From assembly GCA_001801745.1 (NCBI GenBank), contig MGYM01000013.1, forward strand, positions 558 through 37,460: a DNA stretch of 36,903 nt, given 5' to 3'. Shown here piece by piece: positions 1-8,324 of this stretch (positions are counted from its first letter, which is position 1; each line of letters opens with the position of its first letter). Source of the DNA: Gammaproteobacteria bacterium RIFCSPLOWO2_02_FULL_38_11. Lineage in GTDB: Bacteria; Pseudomonadota; Gammaproteobacteria; HIGHO2-12-38-15. The notes beneath the pieces are model-generated. The model worked only from the letters and a program-made list of their open reading frames with translations, made no database searches and had not been told where the DNA came from. Made by a program: the position numbers and the translations under genes.

Positions 1-861
1 GAAATTTTTTAATCCTGTGTAATGCTCTCGCCAAAGCGCCGGGATTGCAGTAGGGCCAATTTTAACGTCATGATAAACATTTAAAGTAAAATGTACGCCC
101 AAAAAAGGATTTTTTAAGTTGGGAACAGGGTAAATATGTGTGCGTAATACCAGAGCTGATTTATTTCCGTAAAGATATAAACCTTTGAAAGGGAGTATTT
201 CATAATTTTTTGAAAATCCAAATTGTTTTGCAATTTTATCTGCATATAATCCACTGGCATTAATAAAAAAACCCACATCATAATAATTTTTGTTGGTTTG
301 AATAATGTTTTTTTTGTTTTTTAAAAAAATTTCATTGGTTTGGAGTTGAATACCTGCTTGATGTAAATCTTTCGTTAATTCTTTTATGATTAAGCTTGAG
401 TCAACAGATGATGTGTGTGGTGAAAATAAAGCTTTTTGATACGTTTTAACCTGAGGTTCAATTTCTTTTGCTTGTTGTTCATCAAGTAGGTACAACTCAA
501 TTTTATTTTCTTTGCCACGTTGCAATAAGGTGTGGAGTCCGGCTAGGTCTTCTTCGTTACGCGTAACCACCAGTTTTCCACATTGATTAATCGGTAATTT
601 CTTTTCTAAACAATACTGGGTCAATGCAATATTGCCTTCTTTGCAAAACCTTGCTTTTAAACTTTCAGGCGTGTAATAAAAACCGGCGTGGAGTACGCCA
701 CTGTTGCGACCACTGGCGTGTAATCCGGGCGCAGATTCTTTTTCAATTAAAATAATATGTGATTCAGGGTGTTTGCGTTTGAGTGCCAATGCGGTGGTGA
801 TGCCAAGAATACCTGCGCCAACAATGAAAAAATCACAGGGGGTGGGGTGGTGATGACTCAT
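1..861 (-). CDS. lhgO: FAD-dependent L-2-hydroxyglutarate oxidase/dehydrogenase, 3' end cut by the window edge
   Basis: Not in the supplied track because it is edge-truncated. My own translation from ATG (complement of 859-861) stays open to position 1: MSHHHPTPCDFFIVGAGILGITTALALKRKHPESHIILIEKESAPGLHASGRNSGVLHAGFYYTPESLKARFC... It has a GxGxxG FAD fold and is collinear with E. coli LhgO/YgaF (EKESAP..H.SG.NSGV.HAG.YYTP.SLKA.FC). Its ATG overlaps the upstream gene's TGA (ATGA at 858-861). Confidence 0.8.
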   Translation of the reverse strand, partial: MSHHHPTPCDFFIVGAGILGITTALALKRKHPESHIILIEKESAPGLHASGRNSGVLHAGFYYTPESLKARFCKEGNIALTQYCLEKKLPINQCGKLVVTRNEEDLAGLHTLLQRGKENKIELYLLDEQQAKEIEPQVKTYQKALFSPHTSSVDSSLIIKELTKDLHQAGIQLQTNEIFLKNKKNIIQTNKNYYDVGFFINASGLYADKIAKQFGFSKNYEILPFKGLYLYGNKSALVLRTHIYPVPNLKNPFLGVHFTLNVYHDVKIGPTAIPALWREHYTGLKNF

Positions 862-2567
862 ATCTTTGTTCGAGCTCGTCCAAGGCTTGCCATCTTTTCC
901 TGCGATGCAGGGGAAGACCTATGTGCAGCAAGTATTTCTTGATGAATTAATTTGAAACTTCTTACGTGAGGATGTAAAGATTTTAAATTTTCTGGTAATG
1001 ATTTTATTTCAGCACGTGCAGTTTCATAGTCAGAATAAATGCCTTTAGTTAATATGAACCAGGGTTTGTTGTTTTGTAATGTGCGATAAACATGACTGCC
1101 CCTTTCTAAATGATATTGTTTTTTGAAAGCGTCAATTTCATTTTGTGTGTGTGCTGCAAAATATTGTAAAGCATAATTGTTTTCACCTAATTTCATTAAA
1201 TAAGTTTCATCATAAGTGTAGGTTTTAAATGGGCTTATTACTGTTTTTTTAGATTTTGCTGCAGGCGTTGGTGTTGCTTTTGCTTTGGGTTTTTCTGTGG
1301 GTAAGGTATGCGCTTTTGCGAGAGAAGGCAGGGGTGTCAATGCTTCAGATAAAGCAGTACGTACTGCTAAATTGCTTGTTTGAACGGTTTTTTCTGTTTT
1401 GGCAGCAATAACAGGTTTAGAAATTTCTGAAGGTTTTGTGTTTTTGATTTGCTTTAAAGGTTCAAGTGCCTCAGGGTTGGGGGTGGGTTTGATTTCTTCT
1501 TCAATGATAACGCCAGCAGGAGGAAGCGGATCTGTCCCATTTAAAAAGTAAGCCAGGATAAAGATGCTTGATAAAAAGAGTAATCCGCCAATTAATTTGG
1601 TTTGGCTAGGACGAAATTTTTCGAAATAATGGAGTGCAGCATATTCTGTTTTTTGATTGATGTTGGAAAGCAAAAGGCGAGGCGCAATCCTGTTAATTTT
1701 GGCAGGCATGCCTTCTGATAATCGGTAGATTGTTTCAAGCGTGGAAGAAGCTAAATGCCCTGTTGTTGCAAAAATATTATTTTTAATTTGCTGTTCAAGA
1801 TAATTTTTTGTTTCTTCTAAACTGAAAGGAGTGAGAGGCAAAGTAAGAATTAAGCCGGTGTTTAAAGGATCTTGGGCTAATATGTTTAAATTGGTTTGTA
1901 ATGTCGGTGAACCAAATAAAATAACATGGAAATTTGATGGTAAAGCTTGATGTTGACTAATTAAAGAGAGTAAACAAACAAGGGTTTTGATTGGTAAATT
2001 TTCTGCGTTATCAATGAGTAAAACGCAGAGTTGCGGCGCATTTTCTAAAGTTTCAACTTGTGTATGCAGTTTTCTATCGATGGTTTCTTCAATTGTCGCA
2101 TTGTAATTTAAGATGTCGTCAATGACAGGGGTGATTCTGCCTGCTTGTTGTAAAGGTATGGACGGGAGGTGAAATCCTTCTGTTAATAAAGTCAGTAGTT
2201 GTTGTTTGTCTAAAGTGGGCTGCGCGAAGATTTGGCATGTTTGAGCTTGTTCGCTCGTGCATACGTGAATATGACTTGATAATAAAGAAGAATGGGTCAT
2301 GGAGTGTGTCAATTCGCCATTGTGAATGACATCGATAAATTGACACATCAAGGTTGTTTTGCCTGCGCCTGTGGGTGCAGTCACAGTCACTAAAACATTG
2401 CGATGATAACACAAGTCTTGCAGTAAATCTAAGTAATGTTCCCAAGAAGCGGGAAGATAAGGCGCGTCTTCCTGCGTTAAGAGATTTTCAATGCTCTCTT
2501 GCTCTTCTTTATGCTGACGGCGATTTAGTAATTCTGCAGAGGTGATGTCCTTTTCAAGATCAAGCAT
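858..2567 (-). CDS. ExeA-like AAA ATPase - single TM - DamX-type SPOR domain protein
   Basis: Track ORF 858..2582. Walker A is TAPTGAGKTT and a Walker B-like segment is VLLIDNAENL. There is one hydrophobic span (LIGGLLFLSSIFILAYFL) and a P/K/T/A-rich linker. The C-terminal SPOR (NYALQYFAAH...KPWFILTKGIYSDYETARAEIKSLPENLKSLHPHVRSF) closely resembles the E. coli DamX C-terminus. I moved the start to ATG 2567 (MLDLEKD), which has AGGAG 6 nt upstream and lies 1 nt after the pmbA stop. Confidence 0.75.
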   Translation of the reverse strand: MLDLEKDITSAELLNRRQHKEEQESIENLLTQEDAPYLPASWEHYLDLLQDLCYHRNVLVTVTAPTGAGKTTLMCQFIDVIHNGELTHSMTHSSLLSSHIHVCTSEQAQTCQIFAQPTLDKQQLLTLLTEGFHLPSIPLQQAGRITPVIDDILNYNATIEETIDRKLHTQVETLENAPQLCVLLIDNAENLPIKTLVCLLSLISQHQALPSNFHVILFGSPTLQTNLNILAQDPLNTGLILTLPLTPFSLEETKNYLEQQIKNNIFATTGHLASSTLETIYRLSEGMPAKINRIAPRLLLSNINQKTEYAALHYFEKFRPSQTKLIGGLLFLSSIFILAYFLNGTDPLPPAGVIIEEEIKPTPNPEALEPLKQIKNTKPSEISKPVIAAKTEKTVQTSNLAVRTALSEALTPLPSLAKAHTLPTEKPKAKATPTPAAKSKKTVISPFKTYTYDETYLMKLGENNYALQYFAAHTQNEIDAFKKQYHLERGSHVYRTLQNNKPWFILTKGIYSDYETARAEIKSLPENLKSLHPHVRSFKLIHQEILAAHRSSPASQEKMASLGRARTKI

Positions 2568-2568
2568 G

Positions 2569-3912
2569 TTACTCTCCTGCAATAGTCATCTCATCAATTA
2601 AAATAGACCCGGTTTGAATCGAACTTCTTTTTTCAATATCAGTGCCAATGGCAAGGATACCCATGAACATATTTTTTAAATTACCTGCAATTGTGATTTC
2701 TTCGACAGGGTATTGTATCTCACCTTTTTCAACCCAAAAACCCGTGGCACCGCGGGAGTAATCACCGTTAACAAGATTAATGCCTTGCCCCATGAGCTCT
2801 GTGATCACTAAACCCGTGTCCATTTTTTTTAATAATTCTTCAAAAGTGTCAGCACTGTGTGAGACGAGTATGTTGTGTATTCCGCCCGCATTTCCTGTGG
2901 GTTCCATGCCTAGTTTTCTTGCGGTGTAACTATTTAAAAAATAACTTTTTAAAATGCCTTGGTGAATTAAATCACGCGGTCTGGGGGTTGCACCTTCATC
3001 ATCAAAAGGTGCACTTGCCAACCCTTTTATAATAAAGGGTTCTTCACGAATTTGAATATGTGAGGGAAAAACAGGTTTTTCAAGATAATCACACAAAAAA
3101 GAAGATTTTCGATATAAATTACTGCCACGAATTGCCGCTAAAAAATGAGAAATTAAAGCAGGGCTCACATTAGAAGAGAAAATAACAGGTGTTTTTCGTG
3201 TTGAAAGTTTTTTTGCGCCGAGTCGACGCAAAACTTTTGTTGCCGCTTCTTTTGCAATTTCTTTTGCAGAGAAAAGTTCAAGCGGGTCGCGTGCAATACT
3301 ATAACCATAATCGCGTTGCATGCGATCATTTTCATTTGCAATTAAAGTACAATTTAAATTATAGAAACTTGAAGAGTAGTGCCCACAAAAACCTATACTG
3401 TTAGCGTAAACAAAATGATTTTCGTGCGTTGAAAGTGTTGCGCCTTCTGAGTTTGAAATTCGTTTGTCATAAGCGCGCCCTATGTTTTCAACTTCTTTGG
3501 CAAGTTCAATGCCTTGTTCTGGCGTGATAGACCAAGGATAAAATAATTTTAAATCGGGATAGTTGAAAGCAAGAAATTTTTTTTCTATGAGACCCGCGCA
3601 GTTGTCTTCAGAGGTGTATTTAGCAATGTGACATGCTGCAGAGACTGCTTCATTTAAGGCGGTTTCTTCAATGGCAGAAAGAGAGGTGGTCCCTTTTTTT
3701 TGTCCGAAATAAACAGTAATGCCAATGCCTTTGCTGCGGTGATACTCCAGCGTTTCAACTTCTCCTAGTCGTACTTGTGTTGTGAATCCAAGACCATTTG
3801 AAATAGAAACTTCGGCGTCAGTGGCGCCTTGCTTTTTTGAAAAATCTAAAATATGGTGTGCAATATTTTTTAATTTTTCAAAAGATAAAGGTGTTTTTTC
3901 TTGAGTTGACAT
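2569..3912 (-). CDS. pmbA: Metalloprotease PmbA (TldE)
   Basis: A 447-aa ORF that is full-length collinear with the PmbA/TldD family. It has the typical N-terminus (...DAEVSISNGLGFTTQVRLGEVETLEY) and C-terminus (GDYSRGATGFWVEKGEIQYPVEEITIAGNL). Confidence 0.9.
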   Translation of the reverse strand: MSTQEKTPLSFEKLKNIAHHILDFSKKQGATDAEVSISNGLGFTTQVRLGEVETLEYHRSKGIGITVYFGQKKGTTSLSAIEETALNEAVSAACHIAKYTSEDNCAGLIEKKFLAFNYPDLKLFYPWSITPEQGIELAKEVENIGRAYDKRISNSEGATLSTHENHFVYANSIGFCGHYSSSFYNLNCTLIANENDRMQRDYGYSIARDPLELFSAKEIAKEAATKVLRRLGAKKLSTRKTPVIFSSNVSPALISHFLAAIRGSNLYRKSSFLCDYLEKPVFPSHIQIREEPFIIKGLASAPFDDEGATPRPRDLIHQGILKSYFLNSYTARKLGMEPTGNAGGIHNILVSHSADTFEELLKKMDTGLVITELMGQGINLVNGDYSRGATGFWVEKGEIQYPVEEITIAGNLKNMFMGILAIGTDIEKRSSIQTGSILIDEMTIAGE

Positions 3913-3977
3913 GTAGGAAAAACTTATTTAAAAAAATACGAAGGCTATAAGATAGAGTAAGACACAGGAAGATACAA

Positions 3978-4718
3978 GTGCAGATTCCGCGAATTTTTCA
4001 AAATCGATCATTGCAATTGCAAGCGTGCTTTTTTTTAACTGAAGAAGCAAGTCATCATGTTAAACATGTATTACGGATGAAAAAAGATGATTTACTTTCC
4101 GTATTCAATGGGCAAGGCGGGGAATTTAAAGCCGTGATCACTCAAGTAAATAAAACAGTGGAAGTTTGTTTGCAATCCTTTGAAAACGGGTTCGCTGCTT
4201 CGCCATTAAAAATTATTTTAGCGCAAGCCATTTCCCGCGGGGATAAAATGGATTTTACTTTGCAAAAAGCCGTGGAGTTGGGTGTCCATACTATTATTCC
4301 TTTAATAACAGAGCGCGTTAATGTGAGGTTAGATGAAGCTCGACAAGCGAAACGACTTCTTCATTGGCGAAAAGTCATGGAGAGTGCTACAGAGCAATCA
4401 GGCCGTTGTGATCTGCCCATATTAAGCCCTATCAACGAATTTTCTCCTTGGCTTGAAACGATTTCTTGTGATTTTAAAGTTGTGTTGGACCCTCATGCAA
4501 AAAAAGAAAAAAAAGAAAAAATCCCCTTAAAAGAGCTGCTTTTATTGGTCGGGCCAGAAGGGGGGTTGTCTGAAAAAGAATATAAAGAGGCGTATGAGGC
4601 AGGTTTTGTGGGTTGGCGCCTGGGTCCTCGTATCCTCAGAACAGAGACGGCCGGGATGAGTGCTATAGCCATTTTGCAGTTTTTAGGAGGGGATTTTCAT
4701 CCGGGATCGCTCCTATGA
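3978..4718 (+). CDS. rsmE: 16S rRNA (uracil1498-N3)-methyltransferase RsmE
   Basis: GTG start. The N-terminus MQIPRIF...HHVKHVLRMKKDDLLSVFNG parallels E. coli RsmE (MRIPRIY...NHIGRVLRM). The C-terminal SPOUT motif is LLLVGPEGGLSEKE...LGPRILRTETA. Confidence 0.9.
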   Translation: MQIPRIFQNRSLQLQACFFLTEEASHHVKHVLRMKKDDLLSVFNGQGGEFKAVITQVNKTVEVCLQSFENGFAASPLKIILAQAISRGDKMDFTLQKAVELGVHTIIPLITERVNVRLDEARQAKRLLHWRKVMESATEQSGRCDLPILSPINEFSPWLETISCDFKVVLDPHAKKEKKEKIPLKELLLLVGPEGGLSEKEYKEAYEAGFVGWRLGPRILRTETAGMSAIAILQFLGGDFHPGSLL

Positions 4719-4788
4719 GCGTTTGCATTAGGTTTTTCACTGGCCTATGATTAGCCCCATTATTTAATAAAGAGAATTCAGGTTATTT

Positions 4789-5982
4789 ATGGACTTTATG
4801 TCCGGTATCCGTGAAGCGTTAAGTAATCTCTTTGCCTCGAAATTACGTTCCTTGCTCGCCTTATTAGGGGTGGTGGTGGGGACTGCCTCTGTGGTTGCCA
4901 TGGTGTCCTGCGGTGAACTTGCGACAAATCAAGCATTAAAACAATTTGAGAGTTTAGGCATGGATTTATTGTCCGTTTCATTTTATGCCGGGGACTCAGA
5001 ATCAAGAACCTCACAAACCCTGCGCCTTTCTTTTGATGTTTTGCAAGAGATCAAAAATCTTTCGCCTGCTATCCTGGGCGTCTCACCTTATGGCACGGCC
5101 TATTCATCTTTGAGTTTTGAAGGGAAGGCTTTAAAAGGAAATATTATCGGTGCTTCTGAAGTATTGCAGCGTGTCATCAACATCAAATTGCAACGCGGGC
5201 GCTTTATTTCAGATTTGGATAATTATGCGCATTATTGTGTTTTAGGATCCCTGTTAGCTGAACAACTAAATCAATTTGTTGAAAGTGATTTAATAGGGTT
5301 ACAAATTAGCTTGGGAAATCATATTTTCACCGTGATGGGTGTTGCACAAGCGTGGCCGGAGAGTGCTTTTTTTAATGAAGATGTTAATCAGTCTGTCATC
5401 ATACCTCACAAAACATTAGAATTTTTAGAAAAAGAAAGTTCAATTAATAATTTAGTCATGATTTTAAAAAAAGGAACTGAAGTTGATTCAATAGAAGCAG
5501 CAGTCAGCTATTTTTTAGAAAGTAAGGTGAAAAATTTAAATGTTTTTTTTCGTAGTGCAAAACAGTTAGTTCGTAGTATGCAAGCGCAAAGTCGAATTTT
5601 TACTTTAATGTTAGGATTAATTGGGAGTATTTCTTTGTTGGTGGGTGGGATTGGCATCATGAATATTATGCTTGTATCTGTGACAGAGCGACGAAAAGAA
5701 ATTGGTATTCGCATGGCATGTGGTGCAAGCAGAAGAGACATCCAATCTCTTTTTTTAATTGAATCTGTCATGCTTTCATTGTTGGGAGGAGTGGTGGGTG
5801 TTTTCTTAGGCATGGTGACATCTTATGTCATTGCAAAACTAACTCACTGGGATTTTGTTATTTTAATGACGCCATCGGGAGTAGGATTTATTGTTTCAGT
5901 TATGGTGGGTGTTTTTTTTGGTTTTTACCCTGCGTATAAAGCTTCACGCTTAGATCCTATTCAAACACTGCGTTCGGAGTAG
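4789..5982 (+). CDS. ABC transporter permease, MacB/FtsX family (no fused ATPase)
   Basis: A 397-aa ORF. It has an N-terminal TM helix (LRSLLALLGVVVGTASVVAMV), a ~200-aa periplasmic MacB-like domain and a C-terminal FtsX 3-TM module (ERRKEIGIRMACGASRRDIQSLFLIESV...YPAYKASRLDPIQTLR). Confidence 0.8.
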   Translation: MDFMSGIREALSNLFASKLRSLLALLGVVVGTASVVAMVSCGELATNQALKQFESLGMDLLSVSFYAGDSESRTSQTLRLSFDVLQEIKNLSPAILGVSPYGTAYSSLSFEGKALKGNIIGASEVLQRVINIKLQRGRFISDLDNYAHYCVLGSLLAEQLNQFVESDLIGLQISLGNHIFTVMGVAQAWPESAFFNEDVNQSVIIPHKTLEFLEKESSINNLVMILKKGTEVDSIEAAVSYFLESKVKNLNVFFRSAKQLVRSMQAQSRIFTLMLGLIGSISLLVGGIGIMNIMLVSVTERRKEIGIRMACGASRRDIQSLFLIESVMLSLLGGVVGVFLGMVTSYVIAKLTHWDFVILMTPSGVGFIVSVMVGVFFGFYPAYKASRLDPIQTLRSE

Positions 5983-5997
5983 AGTAGAGGAGAGGAA

Positions 5998-6477
5998 ATG
6001 AAAAAATTATTTTTAGTGCGACATGCTAAAGCCAGTTTAGAAGATCCTGATGTGCTTGATGTGCAGCGGAAAATCACAGAAGAAGGTAAACTGCAAGTTA
6101 TTGAATTTATAAAATATTTAAAGCAGGAGAATATTACACCCGATTTAATTGTATGTAGTAATGCAGTCCGTGCACGACAAACAGCACAGCTGATCGCAAA
6201 AGGTTTGGAACTTCCAGAAAATGGTGTTTACATTGAACCGCGAATATATGAAGAAAATGTTACATTTTTAATGGAAACTATCAATGAGGTATCTGATTTG
6301 GTTCAAGGTTTAATGATCGTGGGACACAATCCTACCTTAAGTTGGTTTGCTTCGTATTTAAGTAATAATCCAGCCATAAATTTGGCAACCTGCGGTATGT
6401 TTGCGATTGAATTCGATATTCAGTCATGGCCTCAAATTGTTGAAGCGCAAGGGAAAGAAATCTTTAATCATGCTTAA
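5998..6477 (+). CDS. sixA: Phosphohistidine phosphatase SixA-like (histidine phosphatase superfamily)
   Basis: A 159-aa ORF with the RHG-type catalytic start LFLVRHAKA and later VRARQTA...IVGHNP, matching SixA in size and architecture. Confidence 0.75.
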   Translation: MKKLFLVRHAKASLEDPDVLDVQRKITEEGKLQVIEFIKYLKQENITPDLIVCSNAVRARQTAQLIAKGLELPENGVYIEPRIYEENVTFLMETINEVSDLVQGLMIVGHNPTLSWFASYLSNNPAINLATCGMFAIEFDIQSWPQIVEAQGKEIFNHA

Positions 6478-7378
6478 TTTAGAAAAACCAGTTGATCAAA
6501 TAAAAGAATTTTTAACATCTTTTCAATTTCAATTGTGTGATGCACTGGAAGAACAAGAAGAGGGTGGGAAATTTAAAGAAGAAAGCTGGAAAAATGTTTT
6601 GGGTGAGGGTTGTACTTGCGTATTAGAAGCGGGAAAACACTTAGAGCGAGCGGGGGTGAATGTTTCTCATATTTTGGGAGAGCGTTTGCCGGCCGCGGCT
6701 ACGACGAAGCATCCTGATTTAACAGGCTGTCGATTTGAGGCCTTGGGGCTTTCTTCTGTTATTCATCCGCGTAACCCTTATGTGCCCACGACGCATTTGA
6801 ATGTCCGGTTTTTTGTAGCGTATCAAGAAGAGAAAGTGGTCGGGTGGTTTGGTGGAGGCTTTGATTTAACGCCTTATTATGGGTTTGAAGAGGATTGCAA
6901 GCTCTGGCATCAACATGCATTGAAAGCTTGTGAGACCTTGGGCGAGGGGTATTATAAAAAATTTAAATCTGCCTGTGATGATTATTTTTTTTTGAAAGCG
7001 AGAAACGAACCACGTGGTATCGGTGGTATTTTTTATGATGATTTAAGTGAACCAGAATTTCCTCGTTGTTTTGAATTCATGAAAAATGTTGCTTCGCATT
7101 TTCTTGTTGCATACATTACGATTTTGAAAAAAAGAAAAAATTATCCTTATGGAGAAAAAGAGCGTGATTTTCAATTATATCGGCGTGGTCGTTATGTTGA
7201 ATTTAATTTACTTTATGATCGTGGCACTTTGTTTGGGCTACAATCTCAAGGGAGAATCGAATCTATTTTAATTTCTATGCCGCCTGAAGTGAGTTGGCGA
7301 TATCAATGGGAGCCTCAACCGAATTCACTTGAAGCCAAGCTTTATCAGGATTTTTTAATAAAGAGAGAGTGGGTGTAA
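6470..7378 (+). CDS. hemF: Oxygen-dependent coproporphyrinogen III oxidase
   Basis: Strongly collinear with E. coli HemF (HPRNPYVPTTHLNVRFF, WFGGGFDLTPYYGFEED, NEPRGIGGIFYDDL, YRRGRYVEFNLLYDRGTLFGLQ). I moved the start to ATG 6470 (MLNLEKPVDQIKEF), which overlaps the sixA end by 8 nt. The track start at 6401 lies inside sixA. Confidence 0.92.
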   Translation: MLNLEKPVDQIKEFLTSFQFQLCDALEEQEEGGKFKEESWKNVLGEGCTCVLEAGKHLERAGVNVSHILGERLPAAATTKHPDLTGCRFEALGLSSVIHPRNPYVPTTHLNVRFFVAYQEEKVVGWFGGGFDLTPYYGFEEDCKLWHQHALKACETLGEGYYKKFKSACDDYFFLKARNEPRGIGGIFYDDLSEPEFPRCFEFMKNVASHFLVAYITILKKRKNYPYGEKERDFQLYRRGRYVEFNLLYDRGTLFGLQSQGRIESILISMPPEVSWRYQWEPQPNSLEAKLYQDFLIKREWV

Positions 7379-7436
7379 CACAGCGGTATACTTGTCACAG
7401 ATGAAATTTCTGGTTTTCCGTCAACAAAAAGAGCGT

Positions 7437-7631
7437 GTCATCCCGAGAAAAGCACTCCACGATATTAAATAAAGAAGTACAGAGTTCCATGTGTTTTTTG
7501 AGGGATCCAGTGTTGATCTTTCTTAGTTGAACCCGATATTTTAAACCAGTAAGAAAGATTGATTCTGGATCCTGAAAAAAACACATAGACTTTTTTAAAA
7601 AATTGAAGGATATGTTTTTTCCAGGATGACG
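7437..7631. repeat. Nested palindromic repeat element, copy 1 (~195 bp)
   Basis: The outer inverted arms are GTCATCCCGAGAAAAG (7437-7452) and TTTTTTCCAGGATGACG (7615-7631). An inner ~35-bp imperfect hairpin pairs 7491-7525 with 7550-7584. The left half aligns at ~70% by eye with the element at 34506-34580 (GTCATyyCGAGAAAA.CAC.CC...AAGAAG...TGTGTTTTT.GA.G.ATCCAG). Confidence 0.7.
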
Positions 7632-7655
7632 TAGGTCAAGGAAAAATAGGGATTT

Positions 7656-8324
7656 TCATTCGGGATACCTATAGTTTCTATATTTTTCTTTTAAAGTTTC
7701 ATATTGTTTTTGAGAAGTGATATTTTCCCACAAGCCTTCGTAGAGTTCGCCTGTCACATTACCTGCTTTAATTTCAGGTAATAAAACATCTATTAATTTA
7801 AAAGCGTGTGGCGTATGCGAGGCAAATAAACGAGGGTGATATAAACCTATGTTTCCGTAAGTATATTTTGGCATACCGCTTGTTTTAATTTGATTACCTT
7901 CTAAGTGAAAATCAGGATGACAATCTGGGTGAGATGACAAAACAAGATGTGCTGATTTTTTTAAAGAAAAAAGCAAATTTGAAAAATGAAAATCAGTGAA
8001 AATATCCCCACTTATCACAAGAAAAGGCTCGTTTCCAAGTAAAGGCAGCGCTTGTGTAATGCCACCACCTGTTTCAAGGGCGGTGGGTTCGTAAGAATAA
8101 ACAAGATGAGCGCCCCACTGTTTCCCATCACCTAAATAATTCGTGATTTGTTTTGCATGATGTGAAACATTAATCACAATATCCGTGATGCCTATGCTCA
8201 CCAGCCGTTTAATGTGATGTACGATCAACGGTTCACCGGCTAAAGATAATAAAGGCTTGGGAATGCTGTCTGTGAGTGGGCGTAGTCTTTCTCCTTTTCC
8301 AGCCGCTAAAAGAAAAGCTCTCAT
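7656..8324 (-). CDS. murU: N-acetylmuramate alpha-1-phosphate uridylyltransferase (MurU-type nucleotidyltransferase)
   Basis: N-terminal sugar-nucleotidyltransferase signature MRAFLLAAGKGERLRPLTDSIPKPLL, a ~222-aa size, and a position immediately downstream of the amgK-like kinase as in Pseudomonas. I moved the start to ATG 8324, which forms an ATGA overlap with the amgK stop. Confidence 0.75.
   Translation of the reverse strand: MRAFLLAAGKGERLRPLTDSIPKPLLSLAGEPLIVHHIKRLVSIGITDIVINVSHHAKQITNYLGDGKQWGAHLVYSYEPTALETGGGITQALPLLGNEPFLVISGDIFTDFHFSNLLFSLKKSAHLVLSSHPDCHPDFHLEGNQIKTSGMPKYTYGNIGLYHPRLFASHTPHAFKLIDVLLPEIKAGNVTGELYEGLWENITSQKQYETLKEKYRNYRYPE

Noticed and set aside
4497-4526. An A-rich tract (gcaaaaaaagaaaaaaaagaaaaaatcccc) inside rsmE, considered as a frameshift or pseudogenisation site.
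   Set aside because: The frame stays open through it (…HAKKEKKEKIPLKE…) and the conserved C-terminal GPEGG / LGPRILRTETA motifs follow in frame, so the gene is intact.
6401-6469. N-terminal extensions in several track ORFs. These are hemF from 6401, rlmJ to 16082, pyrG to 18266, queA from 18383, yajC from 19478, rplM from 22651, argR to 25704, carA from 25559, the AAA/SPOR gene to 2582, and murU to 8357.
   Set aside because: The extensions overlap upstream genes, the tRNA or promoter DNA. They have no counterpart in the well-known orthologue N-termini, and internal starts with better SD context reproduce the canonical N-termini.
7395-7586. A 63-aa minus-strand ORF in the hemF-murU spacer.
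   Set aside because: It is a read-through of the nested palindromic repeat element (7437-7631), has no SD, and its peptide reflects the hairpin symmetry.
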